A stretch of DNA of 35,638 bases from Paramoeba atlantica (Eukaryota > Protista > Discosea): NCBI GenBank assembly GCA_977017575.1, contig CDRNVI010000233.1, positions 1 through 35,638 of the forward strand, in the 5' to 3' direction. Position 1 is the stretch's first letter, and the number at the start of each line of letters is the position of its first letter. Made by a program: the position numbers and the translations under genes. Below, piece after piece: positions 9,147-22,877 of this stretch. Below the pieces are notes generated by a model. That model was given only the letters and a program-made list of their open reading frames with translations, was not told the DNA's origin and ran no database searches.

Positions 9147-12100
9147 TGTTAAAAATTATTTTTGATCAATAAAAATTATTTTCGATGTTCAAATTCATCG
9201 TTTGATAACAAAAAAGTTATAACGCTGTTAATTTTCCATCAAAAATTATTTTTTTTTGCTTCAAAAATTTTTTTTAACATAAAAATTTATAATGATGATT
9301 ACAAAATAAGTGTTGCAACTCAAAAAAGTTGTTTAACACTGTTAATTTTCCATCAACATCATAATTTTTATTTAAAAATTTTAATCAAGATCAATTTTAT
9401 AAACATTTTTTGTAAAAAAATTAAAATTTTTACTGGAAAATTACGGTGAGATGCATAAAAATTAGATTTAAACATAAATTTATGCAAACTACCGTTTAAT
9501 TTCCAACAAAATTTAAATTTTTTTCATTCAAAAATAGATTTTTTTAATTTTTCGCCGACAAAATTGAAAAAAAATTGAATTTTCATTCAAAAAGTTGTAA
9601 AATTGAGTCTCAGGATGAAAAAGTGGAAAAAGACCACATTTTATCAATTCGACGCTAAATTAGCAAAAAATTTCAATTTCTACACCTAAATGACTGTAGA
9701 AATTGGTGTTTTCCTACAATTTTGTGGAAATCCCTGACAAACACTGCTAAATTTCCAACAAAAAGTCAATTTGCAGGTGCTGCCCGTGGATTTTCCAACA
9801 AAATACTAGCAAAACTACTCAAAATGCTATTTTTCCGGCAGAAAACCGTCAAAATCTGCTTTTTCTGGGCAGGAATGACAAAAACGGCCCAAAAAAGGCC
9901 CTGTCATTTTGCCCAAAAACGCAGTATTTTTTCCTGTTCTGGCCTGCAAATTAGCGGATGTCCAAAGCCCCCAAAAAAAGTGACTTGGACTCCGAGCCGA
10001 CTCGAAAAGTCGTATTTTCCGGCAGAAACGAAAAAATATGCCACATTTTGTCCGACGATTATTTACAACTTTTTCTCGCATCCCATCATGGCGATTTTGC
10101 GGATCTGCAGGTTGGGAGGGAGCCAACTGCATTTTTTGGCCGTTTTGAACCCGTTTTGTAAAAAATCGCATATATAAACTCCATAATTTCCCCTCAGAAA
10201 TCTGCCACTTTTGGAGGCCAAAAAGTGTTTTGCAGAATCTCGAGGGCAAAATAGGAGTTTTTTGACCCGATTTTGTGAACAAAACTGGCATCAAAAACTA
10301 TTCCAAATGCTCCAATCCGAATTTCAGCTATTGAACACTAAAAATGCTGAAAATCGCTATTTCGCACTGGAATTCCGCCAAAACTCCTTTTCAATGCGTA
10401 TTTTGGGCGAGAAAACCGTCGATTTTATAATTTTTAAACTTTTTTTTGTATAATTTATCATTTTTAGCGCGGATTTCTATAATTTCTCGCATAATTTATT
10501 AGTTTTATAGCGTTGTAGTTAAAATTTTCATAATTTTATCATCAAAGTCATCATTTTTCTATAATTTCAAACAAAATTATTAAAAAAAATGTTGTCTCAG
10601 ACGAAAAAATTGCATGAAAGTTGTTAAACAACACTAAAACTAAAAAAATATCCCGCAGAAATTAAAAAACCGTGATAAAAATTTATAAATTCAAAAGAAA
10701 AATTTAAAAATCTTAAAAATTTATGATGAAATCATCTTCTTTGTACCAAAATCAGATGTAAACATCAAAAAATTTTTTTAAAATCACTAGCTGAAACCAT
10801 CGTCTATGGTTTCTTTTGTTAATGATCAATGTTTTCATTTCATTCATAACATTTTCACGTTAACTTCGTTCAACTAACTTGAATTTTATTAAAATTATGA
10901 TTCATAAAATAATTTTTTCATTGCTAAAAATAGAATCGCAATGGAAATTATTATGAAACAAGTTTTAATAATTCAAACTTAAGTTTGAACTCGAGTTATA
11001 AAATTTTAATAACATTAATATATACTTTTAAATAACTTCTATAATTAATTCAAAAGAGAATTTATAATTATGAACTTATAAAACTATATTTAATGATTTA
11101 AAAATTTAATAACTTGTTCTAATGTTTTCAATGTAATACGATATTTACGATATATGATCTTCTTTGTTCCAAAATCAGATGTTGATTATCGTACATTCTT
11201 ATTACATGAAAACAAAGAACAGCTACGGATAAGAACTGAAATGCCTTCCATATACCGAGATACTTTAAATTGATTATAGATAAATTTTCTAAAATATTTA
11301 ATTACAAAAATAATTTAAAATATTATTTACAAAACTTATAAATATAATCAATAAAAGTATACGTTATAAAGGAGCGCATAGTTCCTATCACTTTTAAATA
11401 CGCTATTTTCCTTGATAAAAAAAATCACTGGAAAATTAGCAGTCTTTAAAGAACTTCGATACAAAAAAGTATCTTGACAATCTCTGTTGTTTTTGTTACA
11501 AAAAAATAGTAAATAACTTCAAACATATATACAAAATTAAACGTGTATAAAAAAAGAAAAACATACACTTTGATACATTCAATCAAAAAAGATCTCAATC
11601 ATGTATCATTAACTTTAGCATATATGTAAGAAGTTCCTTGGTGATTAATTCTTTTACGGTTTTCATGTAATAAACATGTACGATAATCAACATCTGATTT
11701 TAACTCAAAGCAGAGTAATCATCGTTAAATATCGTACAAAAGTTATTACAAAGAAAACTGCTAAGAATTATCATCAGGAAATTGCACTAAGATTTCCTTC
11801 AGAAATTCAAGTACAAATATCCGCTTAACTTATAAAAAGATATAAGTAGCTTCTATATATATTTTTTTATCGAAAAAACGATAAATAAATAAAGATCATG
11901 ATAAGATTTCTACGAAATTCAATCATGAAGCATACACTATAGTGTATGCAAATTATTACAAAAATAATAATTTTAAAATTTTTTTCTTCGTAATTCAAAG
12001 AAGAATTTACTTGAAAAAAAATATAAATTTTAATGTTTTCGTGTTTAACTACAACTTAAATTTATATATATTTCGTTAAATTAAGAGAATAATTAAACGA

Positions 12101-13684
12101 AACTGTTACTCGGCAAAAATAAGGGAATTTTTGAGTAACAGACCGTTCAAATTGAAAACAAAAAAACAATTTGCACGGCAATTCTTGGGGTTTTTACGCC
12201 TCACGGCTTCGTGATCGGACTAAAGAGCAGTAGCGAGAGCAAGAAAGTTTGCAGGGGTAGTTGAGTTAGCTATTCCCGGTGGTAGCTAACCTCGATTCCT
12301 TAGTCTTTAGTTGTGGTAATTTGGGATAGCGAAGTAAAATTTTTAAAGTTCGCTATCGACAATTACTATTCTCTTTCATCTTTTGGCGTGCATTGCTAAT
12401 TGATCCCAATAGACAATCACATTCAGAAACGATCGTAGCTTTACCTATATGTATGTAAAATATCATACATAAGAATCAATAAGATCTGTTTCGTCTCCTC
12501 TTTTTTCTTTTAAAATAGCAGGACTAATCTATATTATATAATTATTATTCAACTTTTTTAATTATATTTTATCTGCTTGAACACCATAGTTCGATAAAAA
12601 ATAAATAAAAAGATGAATAAATAACTAAAAAATAAAGATAGACAAGAACAAGAATAGTTTAGTTTAATTCCGTGTTAAATCCTCAATCCTTAAGTCGGAT
12701 TTGTCACTCCATATACGATCAAACTTTATTTACTTAAATTTTTACAAAGATAGTAAAATTAAAAGTATAAAGATGATCTAGCTCACCAGTTTTATTTAAA
12801 TTAAAATCTTACACAATGATTTTATATTTATAAACTACTCGCTTCCATCGACCCTCGACTTTGTTGAAGTTTAAGTTTTTGAGTTTACGATATTAAAGAG
12901 AAAAAAAATATTATTGCGCTCTATTGGTGGGGCTTTCGTTAGATTATTAAAAGCTCAACGTCATTGTTCGCGTTTTACGTTACACTCCACAAGCTAAACA
13001 AGTGCGTTCTGCCTTAATAATCATTACCCCTCACCAAAAGGTCGCAATAATATATGTTTTTAGCGTTTAAGATCTGGAGACCATTTTCAAAATAGAAAAT
13101 GTCAATCGCTTTTTTCTTACGCAAGTACGTCAAAAAAATCGTTTTTCTCCATGAGCTAAAACGAGTTAGTTCGATCGGGCTTTTTTTGATGCTTTTTTTG
13201 GATCGCAGCTTCAACAAAAAAAAATTTCTGCTGCTGTTTTCCAACAAAGAAAATTATAAAAAAATAATTTTGTTGTTGTCAAATACGATCTTTTAAAATA
13301 TAAAATTTTTTTTATCGTTATAAATTTTATTCCAACATAAATTTGTTGGAAAAGTAACAGTAAAAAGTTGTTAATGAAAAAAAATAAATTCATTAACAAC
13401 AACGTTGATGAAAAATATCAATCAACGCTGTTAAATTTCCAACAAAATAATGTCAGAAAAAAATTTCTGCCGAAATAATTTAGCTGATTAAATTTTTATC
13501 ACGACAAAAATATTTTTTTGTGGATCAATTAAATCGTTATTAACAAAAAAGTTATAACGCTGTTAATTTTCCAACCTAAAAATTTTTTATCTCTCAAAAA
13601 ATATTTTTTGATGTTCAAAGTTATCGTTTGATAACAAAAAAGTTATAACGCTGTAACTTTTCCAACAAAAAAAATTTTTTTTCG
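9147..13684. repeat. Array unit 3 (cassette type B, 4538 bp)
   Basis: Exact 4538-bp offset from unit 2 with identical ORF-track translations. Confidence 0.95.
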
Positions 13685-16600
13685 TGTTAAAAATTATTTT
13701 TGATCAATAAAAATTATTTTCGATGTTCAAATTCATCGTTTGATAACAAAAAAGTTATAACGCTGTTAATTTTCCATCAAAAATTATTTTTTTTTGCTTC
13801 AAAAATTTTTTTTAACATAAAAATTTATAATGATGATTACAAAATAAGTGTTGCAACTCAAAAAAGTTGTTTAACACTGTTAATTTTCCATCAACATCAT
13901 AATTTTTATTTAAAAATTTTAATCAAGATCAATTTTATAAACATTTTTTGTAAAAAAATTAAAATTTTTACTGGAAAATTACGGTGAGATGCATAAAAAT
14001 TAGATTTAAACATAAATTTATGCAAACTACCGTTTAATTTCCAACAAAATTTAAATTTTTTTCATTCAAAAATAGATTTTTTTAATTTTTCGCCGACAAA
14101 ATTGAAAAAAAATTGAATTTTCATTCAAAAAGTTGTAAAATTGAGTCTCAGGATGAAAAAGTGGAAAAAGACCACATTTTATCAATTCGACGCTAAATTA
14201 GCAAAAAATTTCAATTTCTACACCTAAATGACTGTAGAAATTGGTGTTTTCCTACAATTTTGTGGAAATCCCTGACAAACACTGCTAAATTTCCAACAAA
14301 AAGTCAATTTGCAGGTGCTGCCCGTGGATTTTCCAACAAAATACTAGCAAAACTACTCAAAATGCTATTTTTCCGGCAGAAAACCGTCAAAATCTGCTTT
14401 TTCTGGGCAGGAATGACAAAAACGGCCCAAAAAAGGCCCTGTCATTTTGCCCAAAAACGCAGTATTTTTTCCTGTTCTGGCCTGCAAATTAGCGGATGTC
14501 CAAAGCCCCCAAAAAAAGTGACTTGGACTCCGAGCCGACTCGAAAAGTCGTATTTTCCGGCAGAAACGAAAAAATATGCCACATTTTGTCCGACGATTAT
14601 TTACAACTTTTTCTCGCATCCCATCATGGCGATTTTGCGGATCTGCAGGTTGGGAGGGAGCCAACTGCATTTTTTGGCCGTTTTGAACCCGTTTTGTAAA
14701 AAATCGCATATATAAACTCCATAATTTCCCCTCAGAAATCTGCCACTTTTGGAGGCCAAAAAGTGTTTTGCAGAATCTCGAGGGCAAAATAGGAGTTTTT
14801 TGACCCGATTTTGTGAACAAAACTGGCATCAAAAACTATTCCAAATGCTCCAATCCGAATTTCAGCTATTGAACACTAAAAATGCTGAAAATCGCTATTT
14901 CGCACTGGAATTCCGCCAAAACTCCTTTTCAATGCGTATTTTGGGCGAGAAAACCGTCGATTTTATAATTTTTAAACTTTTTTTTGTATAATTTATCATT
15001 TTTAGCGCGGATTTCTATAATTTCTCGCATAATTTATTAGTTTTATAGCGTTGTAGTTAAAATTTTCATAATTTTATCATCAAAGTCATCATTTTTCTAT
15101 AATTTCAAACAAAATTATTAAAAAAAATGTTGTCTCAGACGAAAAAATTGCATGAAAGTTGTTAAACAACACTAAAACTAAAAAAATATCCCGCAGAAAT
15201 TAAAAAACCGTGATAAAAATTTATAAATTCAAAAGAAAAATTTAAAAATCTTAAAAATTTATGATGAAATCATCTTCTTTGTACCAAAATCAGATGTAAA
15301 CATCAAAAAATTTTTTTAAAATCACTAGCTGAAACCATCGTCTATGGTTTCTTTTGTTAATGATCAATGTTTTCATTTCATTCATAACATTTTCACGTTA
15401 ACTTCGTTCAACTAACTTGAATTTTATTAAAATTATGATTCATAAAATAATTTTTTCATTGCTAAAAATAGAATCGCAATGGAAATTATTATGAAACAAG
15501 TTTTAATAATTCAAACTTAAGTTTGAACTCGAGTTATAAAATTTTAATAACATTAATATATACTTTTAAATAACTTCTATAATTAATTCAAAAGAGAATT
15601 TATAATTATGAACTTATAAAACTATATTTAATGATTTAAAAATTTAATAACTTGTTCTAATGTTTTCAATGTAATACGATATTTACGATATATGATCTTC
15701 TTTGTTCCAAAATCAGATGTTGATTATCGTACATTCTTATTACATGAAAACAAAGAACAGCTACGGATAAGAACTGAAATGCCTTCCATATACCGAGATA
15801 CTTTAAATTGATTATAGATAAATTTTCTAAAATATTTAATTACAAAAATAATTTAAAATATTATTTACAAAACTTATAAATATAATCAATAAAAGTATAC
15901 GTTATAAAGGAGCGCATAGTTCCTATCACTTTTAAATACGCTATTTTCCTTGATAAAAAAAATCACTGGAAAATTAGCAGTCTTTAAAGAACTTCGATAC
16001 AAAAAAGTATCTTGACAATCTCTGTTGTTTTTGTTACAAAAAAATAGTAAATAACTTCAAACATATATACAAAATTAAACGTGTATAAAAAAAGAAAAAC
16101 ATACACTTTGATACATTCAATCAAAAAAGATCTCAATCATGTATCATTAACTTTAGCATATATGTAAGAAGTTCCTTGGTGATTAATTCTTTTACGGTTT
16201 TCATGTAATAAACATGTACGATAATCAACATCTGATTTTAACTCAAAGCAGAGTAATCATCGTTAAATATCGTACAAAAGTTATTACAAAGAAAACTGCT
16301 AAGAATTATCATCAGGAAATTGCACTAAGATTTCCTTCAGAAATTCAAGTACAAATATCCGCTTAACTTATAAAAAGATATAAGTAGCTTCTATATATAT
16401 TTTTTTATCGAAAAAACGATAAATAAATAAAGATCATGATAAGATTTCTACGAAATTCAATCATGAAGCATACACTATAGTGTATGCAAATTATTACAAA
16501 AATAATAATTTTAAAATTTTTTTCTTCGTAATTCAAAGAAGAATTTACTTGAAAAAAAATATAAATTTTAATGTTTTCGTGTTTAACTACAACTTAAATT

Positions 16601-18221
16601 TATATATATTTCGTTAAATTAAGAGAATAATTAAACGAAACTGTTACTCGGCAAAAATAAGGGAATTTTTGAGTAACAGACCGTTCAAATTGAAAACAAA
16701 AAAACAATTTGCACGGCAATTCTTGGGGTTTTTACGCCTCACGGCTTCGTGATCGGACTAAAGAGCAGTAGCGAGAGCAAGAAAGTTTGCAGGGGTAGTT
16801 GAGTTAGCTATTCCCGGTGGTAGCTAACCTCGATTCCTTAGTCTTTAGTTGTGGTAATTTGGGATAGCGAAGTAAAATTTTTAAAGTTCGCTATCGACAA
16901 TTACTATTCTCTTTCATCTTTTGGCGTGCATTGCTAATTGATCCCAATAGACAATCACATTCAGAAACGATCGTAGCTTTACCTATATGTATGTAAAATA
17001 TCATACATAAGAATCAATAAGATCTGTTTCGTCTCCTCTTTTTTCTTTTAAAATAGCAGGACTAATCTATATTATATAATTATTATTCAACTTTTTTAAT
17101 TATATTTTATCTGCTTGAACACCATAGTTCGATAAAAAATAAATAAAAAGATGAATAAATAACTAAAAAATAAAGATAGACAAGAACAAGAATAGTTTAG
17201 TTTAATTCCGTGTTAAATCCTCAATCCTTAAGTCGGATTTGTCACTCCATATACGATCAAACTTTATTTACTTAAATTTTTACAAAGATAGTAAAATTAA
17301 AAGTATAAAGATGATCTAGCTCACCAGTTTTATTTAAATTAAAATCTTACACAATGATTTTATATTTATAAACTACTCGCTTCCATCGACCCTCGACTTT
17401 GTTGAAGTTTAAGTTTTTGAGTTTACGATATTAAAGAGAAAAAAAATATTATTGCGCTCTATTGGTGGGGCTTTCGTTAGATTATTAAAAGCTCAACGTC
17501 ATTGTTCGCGTTTTACGTTACACTCCACAAGCTAAACAAGTGCGTTCTGCCTTAATAATCACTACCCCTCACCAAAAGGTCGCAATAATATATGTTTTTA
17601 GCGTTTAAGATCTGGAGACCATTTTCAAAATAGAAAATGTCAATCGCTTTTTTCTTACGCAAGTACGTCAAAAAAATCGTTTTTCTCCATGAGCTAAAAC
17701 GAGTTAGTTCGATCGGGTGTTTTTTGATGCTTTTTTTGGATCGCAGCTTCAACAAAAAAAAATTTCCACTGCTGTTTTCCAACAAAGAAAATTATAAAAA
17801 AATAATTTTGTTGTTGTCAAATACGATCTTTTAAAATATAAAATTTTTTTTATCGTTATAAATTTTATTCCAACATAAATTTGTTGGAAAAGTAACAGTA
17901 AAAAGTTGTTAATGAAAAAAAATAAATTCATTAACAACAACGTTGATGAAAAATAACAATCAACGCTGTTAAATTTCCAACAAAATAATGTCAGAAAAAA
18001 ATTTCTGCCGAAATAATTTAGCTGATTAAATTTTTATCACGACAAAAATATTTTTTTGTTGATCAATTAAATCGTTATTAACAAAAAAGTTATAACGCTG
18101 TTAATTTTCCAACATAAAAATTTTTTATCTCTCAAAAAATATTTTTTGATGTTCAAAGTTATCGTTTGATAACAAAAAAGTTATAACGCTGTAACTTTTC
18201 CAACAAAAAAATTTTTTTTCG
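13685..18221. repeat. Array unit 4 (cassette type B, 4537 bp; 3' end switches to a variant haplotype)
   Basis: Matches units 2/3 up to ~17550, then carries private substitutions (e.g. gatcgggtgttttt, aatttccactgc, tgttgatcaatt). Confidence 0.93.
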
Positions 18222-21200
18222 TGTTAAAAATTATTTTTGATCAATAAAAATTATTTTCGATGTTCAAATTCATCGTTTGATAACAAAAAAGTTATAACGC
18301 TGTTAATTTTCCATCAAAAATTATTTTTTTTGCTTCAAAAATTTTTTTTAACATAAAAATTTATGATGATGATTACAAAACCAGTGTTGCAACTCAAAAA
18401 AGTTGTTTAACACTGTGAATTTTCCATCAACATCATAATTTTTATTTAAAAATTTTAATCAAAATCAATTTTATAAACATTTTTTGTAAAAAAATTAAAA
18501 TTTTTACTGGAAAATTACGGTGAGATGCATAAAAATTAGATTTAAACATAAATTTATGCAAACTACCGTTTAATTTCCAACAAAATTTAAATTTTTTTCA
18601 TTCAAAAATAGATTTTTTTAATTTTTCGCTGACAAAATTGAAAAAAAATTGAATTTTCATTCAAAAAGTTGTAAAATTGAGTCTCAGGATGAAAAAGTGG
18701 AAAAAGACCACATTTTATCAATTCGACGCTAAATTAGCAAAAAATTTCAATTTCTACACCTAAATGACTGTAGAAATTGGTGTTTTCCTACAATTTTGTG
18801 GAAATCCCTGACAAACACTGCTAAATTTCCAACAAAAAGTCAATTTGCAGGTGCTGCCCGTGGATTTTCCAACAAAATACTAGCAAAACTACTCAAAATG
18901 CTATTTTTCCGGCAGAAAACCGTCAAAATCTGCTTTTTCTGGGCAGGAATGACAAAAACGGCCCAAAAAAGGCCCTGTCATTTTGCCCAAAAACGCAGTA
19001 TTTTTTCCTGTTCTGGCCTGCAAATTAGCGGATGTCCAAGTGCCCCAAAAAAAGTGACTTGCACTCCGAGCCGACTCGAAAAGTCGTATTTTCCGGCAGA
19101 AACGAAAAAATATGCCACATTTTGTCCGACGATTATTTACAACTTTTTCTCGCATCCCATCATAGCGATTTTGCGGATCTGCAGGTTGGGAGGGAGCCAA
19201 CTGCATTTTTTGGCCGTTTTGAACCCGTTTTGTAAAAAATCGCATATATAAACTCCTTAATTTCCCCTCAGAAATCTGCCACTTTTGGAGACCAAAAAGT
19301 GTTTTGCAGAATCTAAAGTGGAAAATAGGAGTTTTTTGACCCGATTTTGTGAACAAAACTGGCATCAAAAACTATTCCAAATGCTCCAATCCGAATTTCA
19401 GCTATTGAACACTAAAAATGCTGAAAATCGCTATTTCGCACTGGAATTCCGCCAAAACTCCTTTTCAATGCGTATTTTGGGCGAGAAAACCGTCGATTTT
19501 ATAATTTTTAAACTTTTTTTTGTATAATTTATCATTTTTAGCGCGGATTTCTATAATTTCTCGCATAATTTATTAGTTTTATAGCGTTGTAGTTAAAATT
19601 TTCATAATTTTATCATCAAAGTCATCATTTTTCTATAATTTCAAACAAAATTATTAAAAAAAATGTTGTCTCAGACGAAAAAATTGCATGAAAGTTGTTA
19701 AACAACACTAAAACTAAAAAAATATCCCGCAGAAATTAAAAAACCGTGATAAAAATTTATAAATTCAAAAGAAAAATTTAAAAATCTTAAAAATTTATGA
19801 TGAAATCATCTTCTTTGTACCAAAATCAGATGTAAACATCAAAAAATTTTTTTAAAATCACTAGTTGAAACCATCGTCTATGGTTTCTTTTGTTAATGAT
19901 CAATGTTTTCATTTCATTCATAACATTTTCACGTTAACTTCGTTCAACTAACTTGAATTTTATTAAAATTATGATTCATAAAATAATTTTTTCATTGCTA
20001 AAAATAGAATCGCAATGGAAATTATTATGAAACAAGTTTTAATAATTCAAACTTAAGTTTGAACTCGAGTTATAAAATTTTATAAATTTAAATTATAATT
20101 TCAATCATTTCTATAATTAATTCAATAGAGAATTTATAATTATGAAACTATGAAACTATATTTAATGATTTAAAATTTAATAATCCCTGTATGTGTTCTT
20201 TATGTTTTCAATGTCTGATGATATGTTCGATATATCATCTTCTTTGTACCAAAATCAGATGTTGATTATCGTACATTCTTATTACATGAAAACAAAAAAG
20301 AACATACAACAGGGAAATACTAAGATACTTTAATAACTATTATGTATATAAATTGATCGAATATATAATTACAAAAATAATTTAAAATATTCAATAATAT
20401 TAAATATATATAGTTATTAAAGTGATCTTGTATCCTAGTTCATGTCGATTCTTTTAGGTTTTCATGTAATAAGAATGTACGATAATCAACATCTGATTTT
20501 GACTCAAAGTAGAGTAATCATCGTTAAATATCAGTACAAAACTTATTACAAAGAAAACAACTAATAAAGCATCGACATGAAATTCTGCTAAGATTTCTAC
20601 GAAATTCAAGCAGAAAATTACACTAAGATTTCCTATAGAAATTCAAGTGTAAACAAACATTAGTATTGCAAAAACAATCTATGTTTGTATTAAAAAAAAC
20701 ACATCTAGAACAATATAATATAAATCAATAAAAATATTTAATTACAAAAATAATATAAAATATAATTTATAAATTTATTATTAAAATGATCTAGATGAAC
20801 ATATTCCTGGGTATTCTAATGTGGTTTTCATGTAATAAACATGTACGATAATCAACATCTGATTTTGACTCAAAGTAGAGTAATCATCGTTAAATATCGT
20901 ATAAAGTTTATTAATAATAAAACCACAAAGGAATCCAAGGAATAATTATGCTAAGATTTATACTAAATTCAAGCATAAGATTGCACTAAGATTTCCTTCA
21001 GAAATTCAAGTGCAAATATCCGCTCAACTTATAAAATATAAGTGGCGTCTATATATTTAATCATTACAAAAATAATGAATTAAATAGATCATGATAAGAT
21101 TTTTTACAAAAATTCAATCATGAAGCATACACTATAGTGTATGCAAATTATTACAAAAATAATAATTTTAAAATTTTTTCTTCGAAATTCAAAGAAGAAT

Positions 21201-22877
21201 TTATTCGAAAAAAATATAAATTTTAATGTTTACGTGTTTAACTACAACTTAAATTTATATATATTTCGTTAAATTAAGAGAATAATTAAACGAAACTGTT
21301 ACTCGGCAAAAATAAGGGAATTTTTGAGTAACAGACCGTTCAAATTGAAAACAAAAAAACAATTTGCACGGCAATTCTTGGGGTTTTTACGCCTCACGGC
21401 TTCGTGATTGGACTAAAGAGCAGGAGCGAGAGCAAGAAAGTTTGCAGGGGTAGTTGAGTTAGCTATTCCCGGTGGTAGCTAACCTCGATTCCTTAGTCTT
21501 TAGTTGTGATAATTTGGGATAGCGAAGTAAAATTTTTAAAGTTCGCTATCGACAATTATTGTTCTCTTTCATCTTTTGGCGTGCATTGCTAATTGATCCC
21601 AATAGACAATCACATTCAGAAACGATCGTAGCTTTACCTATATGTATGTAAAATATCATACATAAGAATCAATAAGATCTGTTTCGTCTCCTCTTTTTTC
21701 TTTTAAAATAGCAGGACTAATCTATATTATATAATTATTATTCAACTTTTTTAATTATATTTTATCTGCTTGAACACCATAGTTCGATAAAAAATAAATA
21801 AAAAGATGAATAAATAACTAAAAAATAAAGATAGACAAGAACAAGAATAGTTTAGTTTAATTCCGTGTTAAATCCTCAATCCTTAAGTCGGATTTGTCAC
21901 TCCATATACGATCAAACTTTATTTACTTAAATTTTTACAAAGATAGTAAAATTAAAAGTATAAAGATGATCTAGCTCACCAGTTTTATTTAAATTAAAAT
22001 CTTACACAATGATTTTATATTTATAAACTACTCGCTTCCATCGACCCTCGACTTTGTTGAAGTTTAAGTTTTTGAGTTTACGATATTAAAGAGAAAAAAA
22101 ATATTATTGCGCTCTATTGGTGGGGCTTTCGTTAGATTATTAAAAGCTCAACGTCATTGTTCGCGTTTTACGTTACACTCCACAAGCTAAACAAGTGCGT
22201 TCTGCCTTAATAATCACTACCCCTCACCAAAAGGTCGCAATAATATATGTTTTTAGCGTTTAAGATCTGGAGACCATTTTCAAAATAGAAAATGTCAATC
22301 GCTTTTTTCTTACGCAAGTACGTCAAAAAAATCGTTTTTCTCCATGAGCTAAAACGAGTTAGTTCGATCGGGCTTTTTTTGATGCTTTTTTTGGATCGCA
22401 GCTTCAACAAAAAAAAATTTCTGCTGCTGTTTTCCAACAAAGAAAATTATAAAAAAATAATTTTGTTGTTGTCAAATACGATCTTTTAAAATATAAAATT
22501 TTTTTTATCGTTATAAATTTTATTCCAACATAAATTTGTTGGAAAAGTAACAGTAAAAAGTTGTTAATGAAAAAAAATAAATTCATTAACAACAACGTTG
22601 ATGAAAAATATCAATCAACGCTGTTAAATTTCCAACAAAATAATGTCAGAAAAAAATTTCTGCCGAAATAATTTAGCTGATTAAATTTTTATCACGACAA
22701 AAATATTTTTTTGTGGATCAATTAAATCGTTATTAACAAAAAAGTTATAACGCTGTTAATTTTCCAACCTAAAAATTTTTTATCTCTCAAAAAATATTTT
22801 TTGATGTTCAAAGTTATCGTTTGATAACAAAAAAGTTATAACGCTGTAACTTTTCCAACAAAAAAAATTTTTTTTCG
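18222..22877. repeat. Array unit 5 (cassette type C, 4656 bp)
   Basis: Backbone homologous with scattered SNPs. The cassette is ~120 bp longer than type B and strongly diverged. Confidence 0.95.
20072..21124. other. Hypervariable hairpin cassette, type C (1 L-module, 2 R-modules, 5 AAGATTT hairpins)
   Basis: 43-nt motif at 20251-20293, a perfect inverted copy at 20458-20500 and a second inverted copy at 20824-20866; local hairpins at 20184-20315, 20439-20581 and 20802-20944. Confidence 0.85.
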
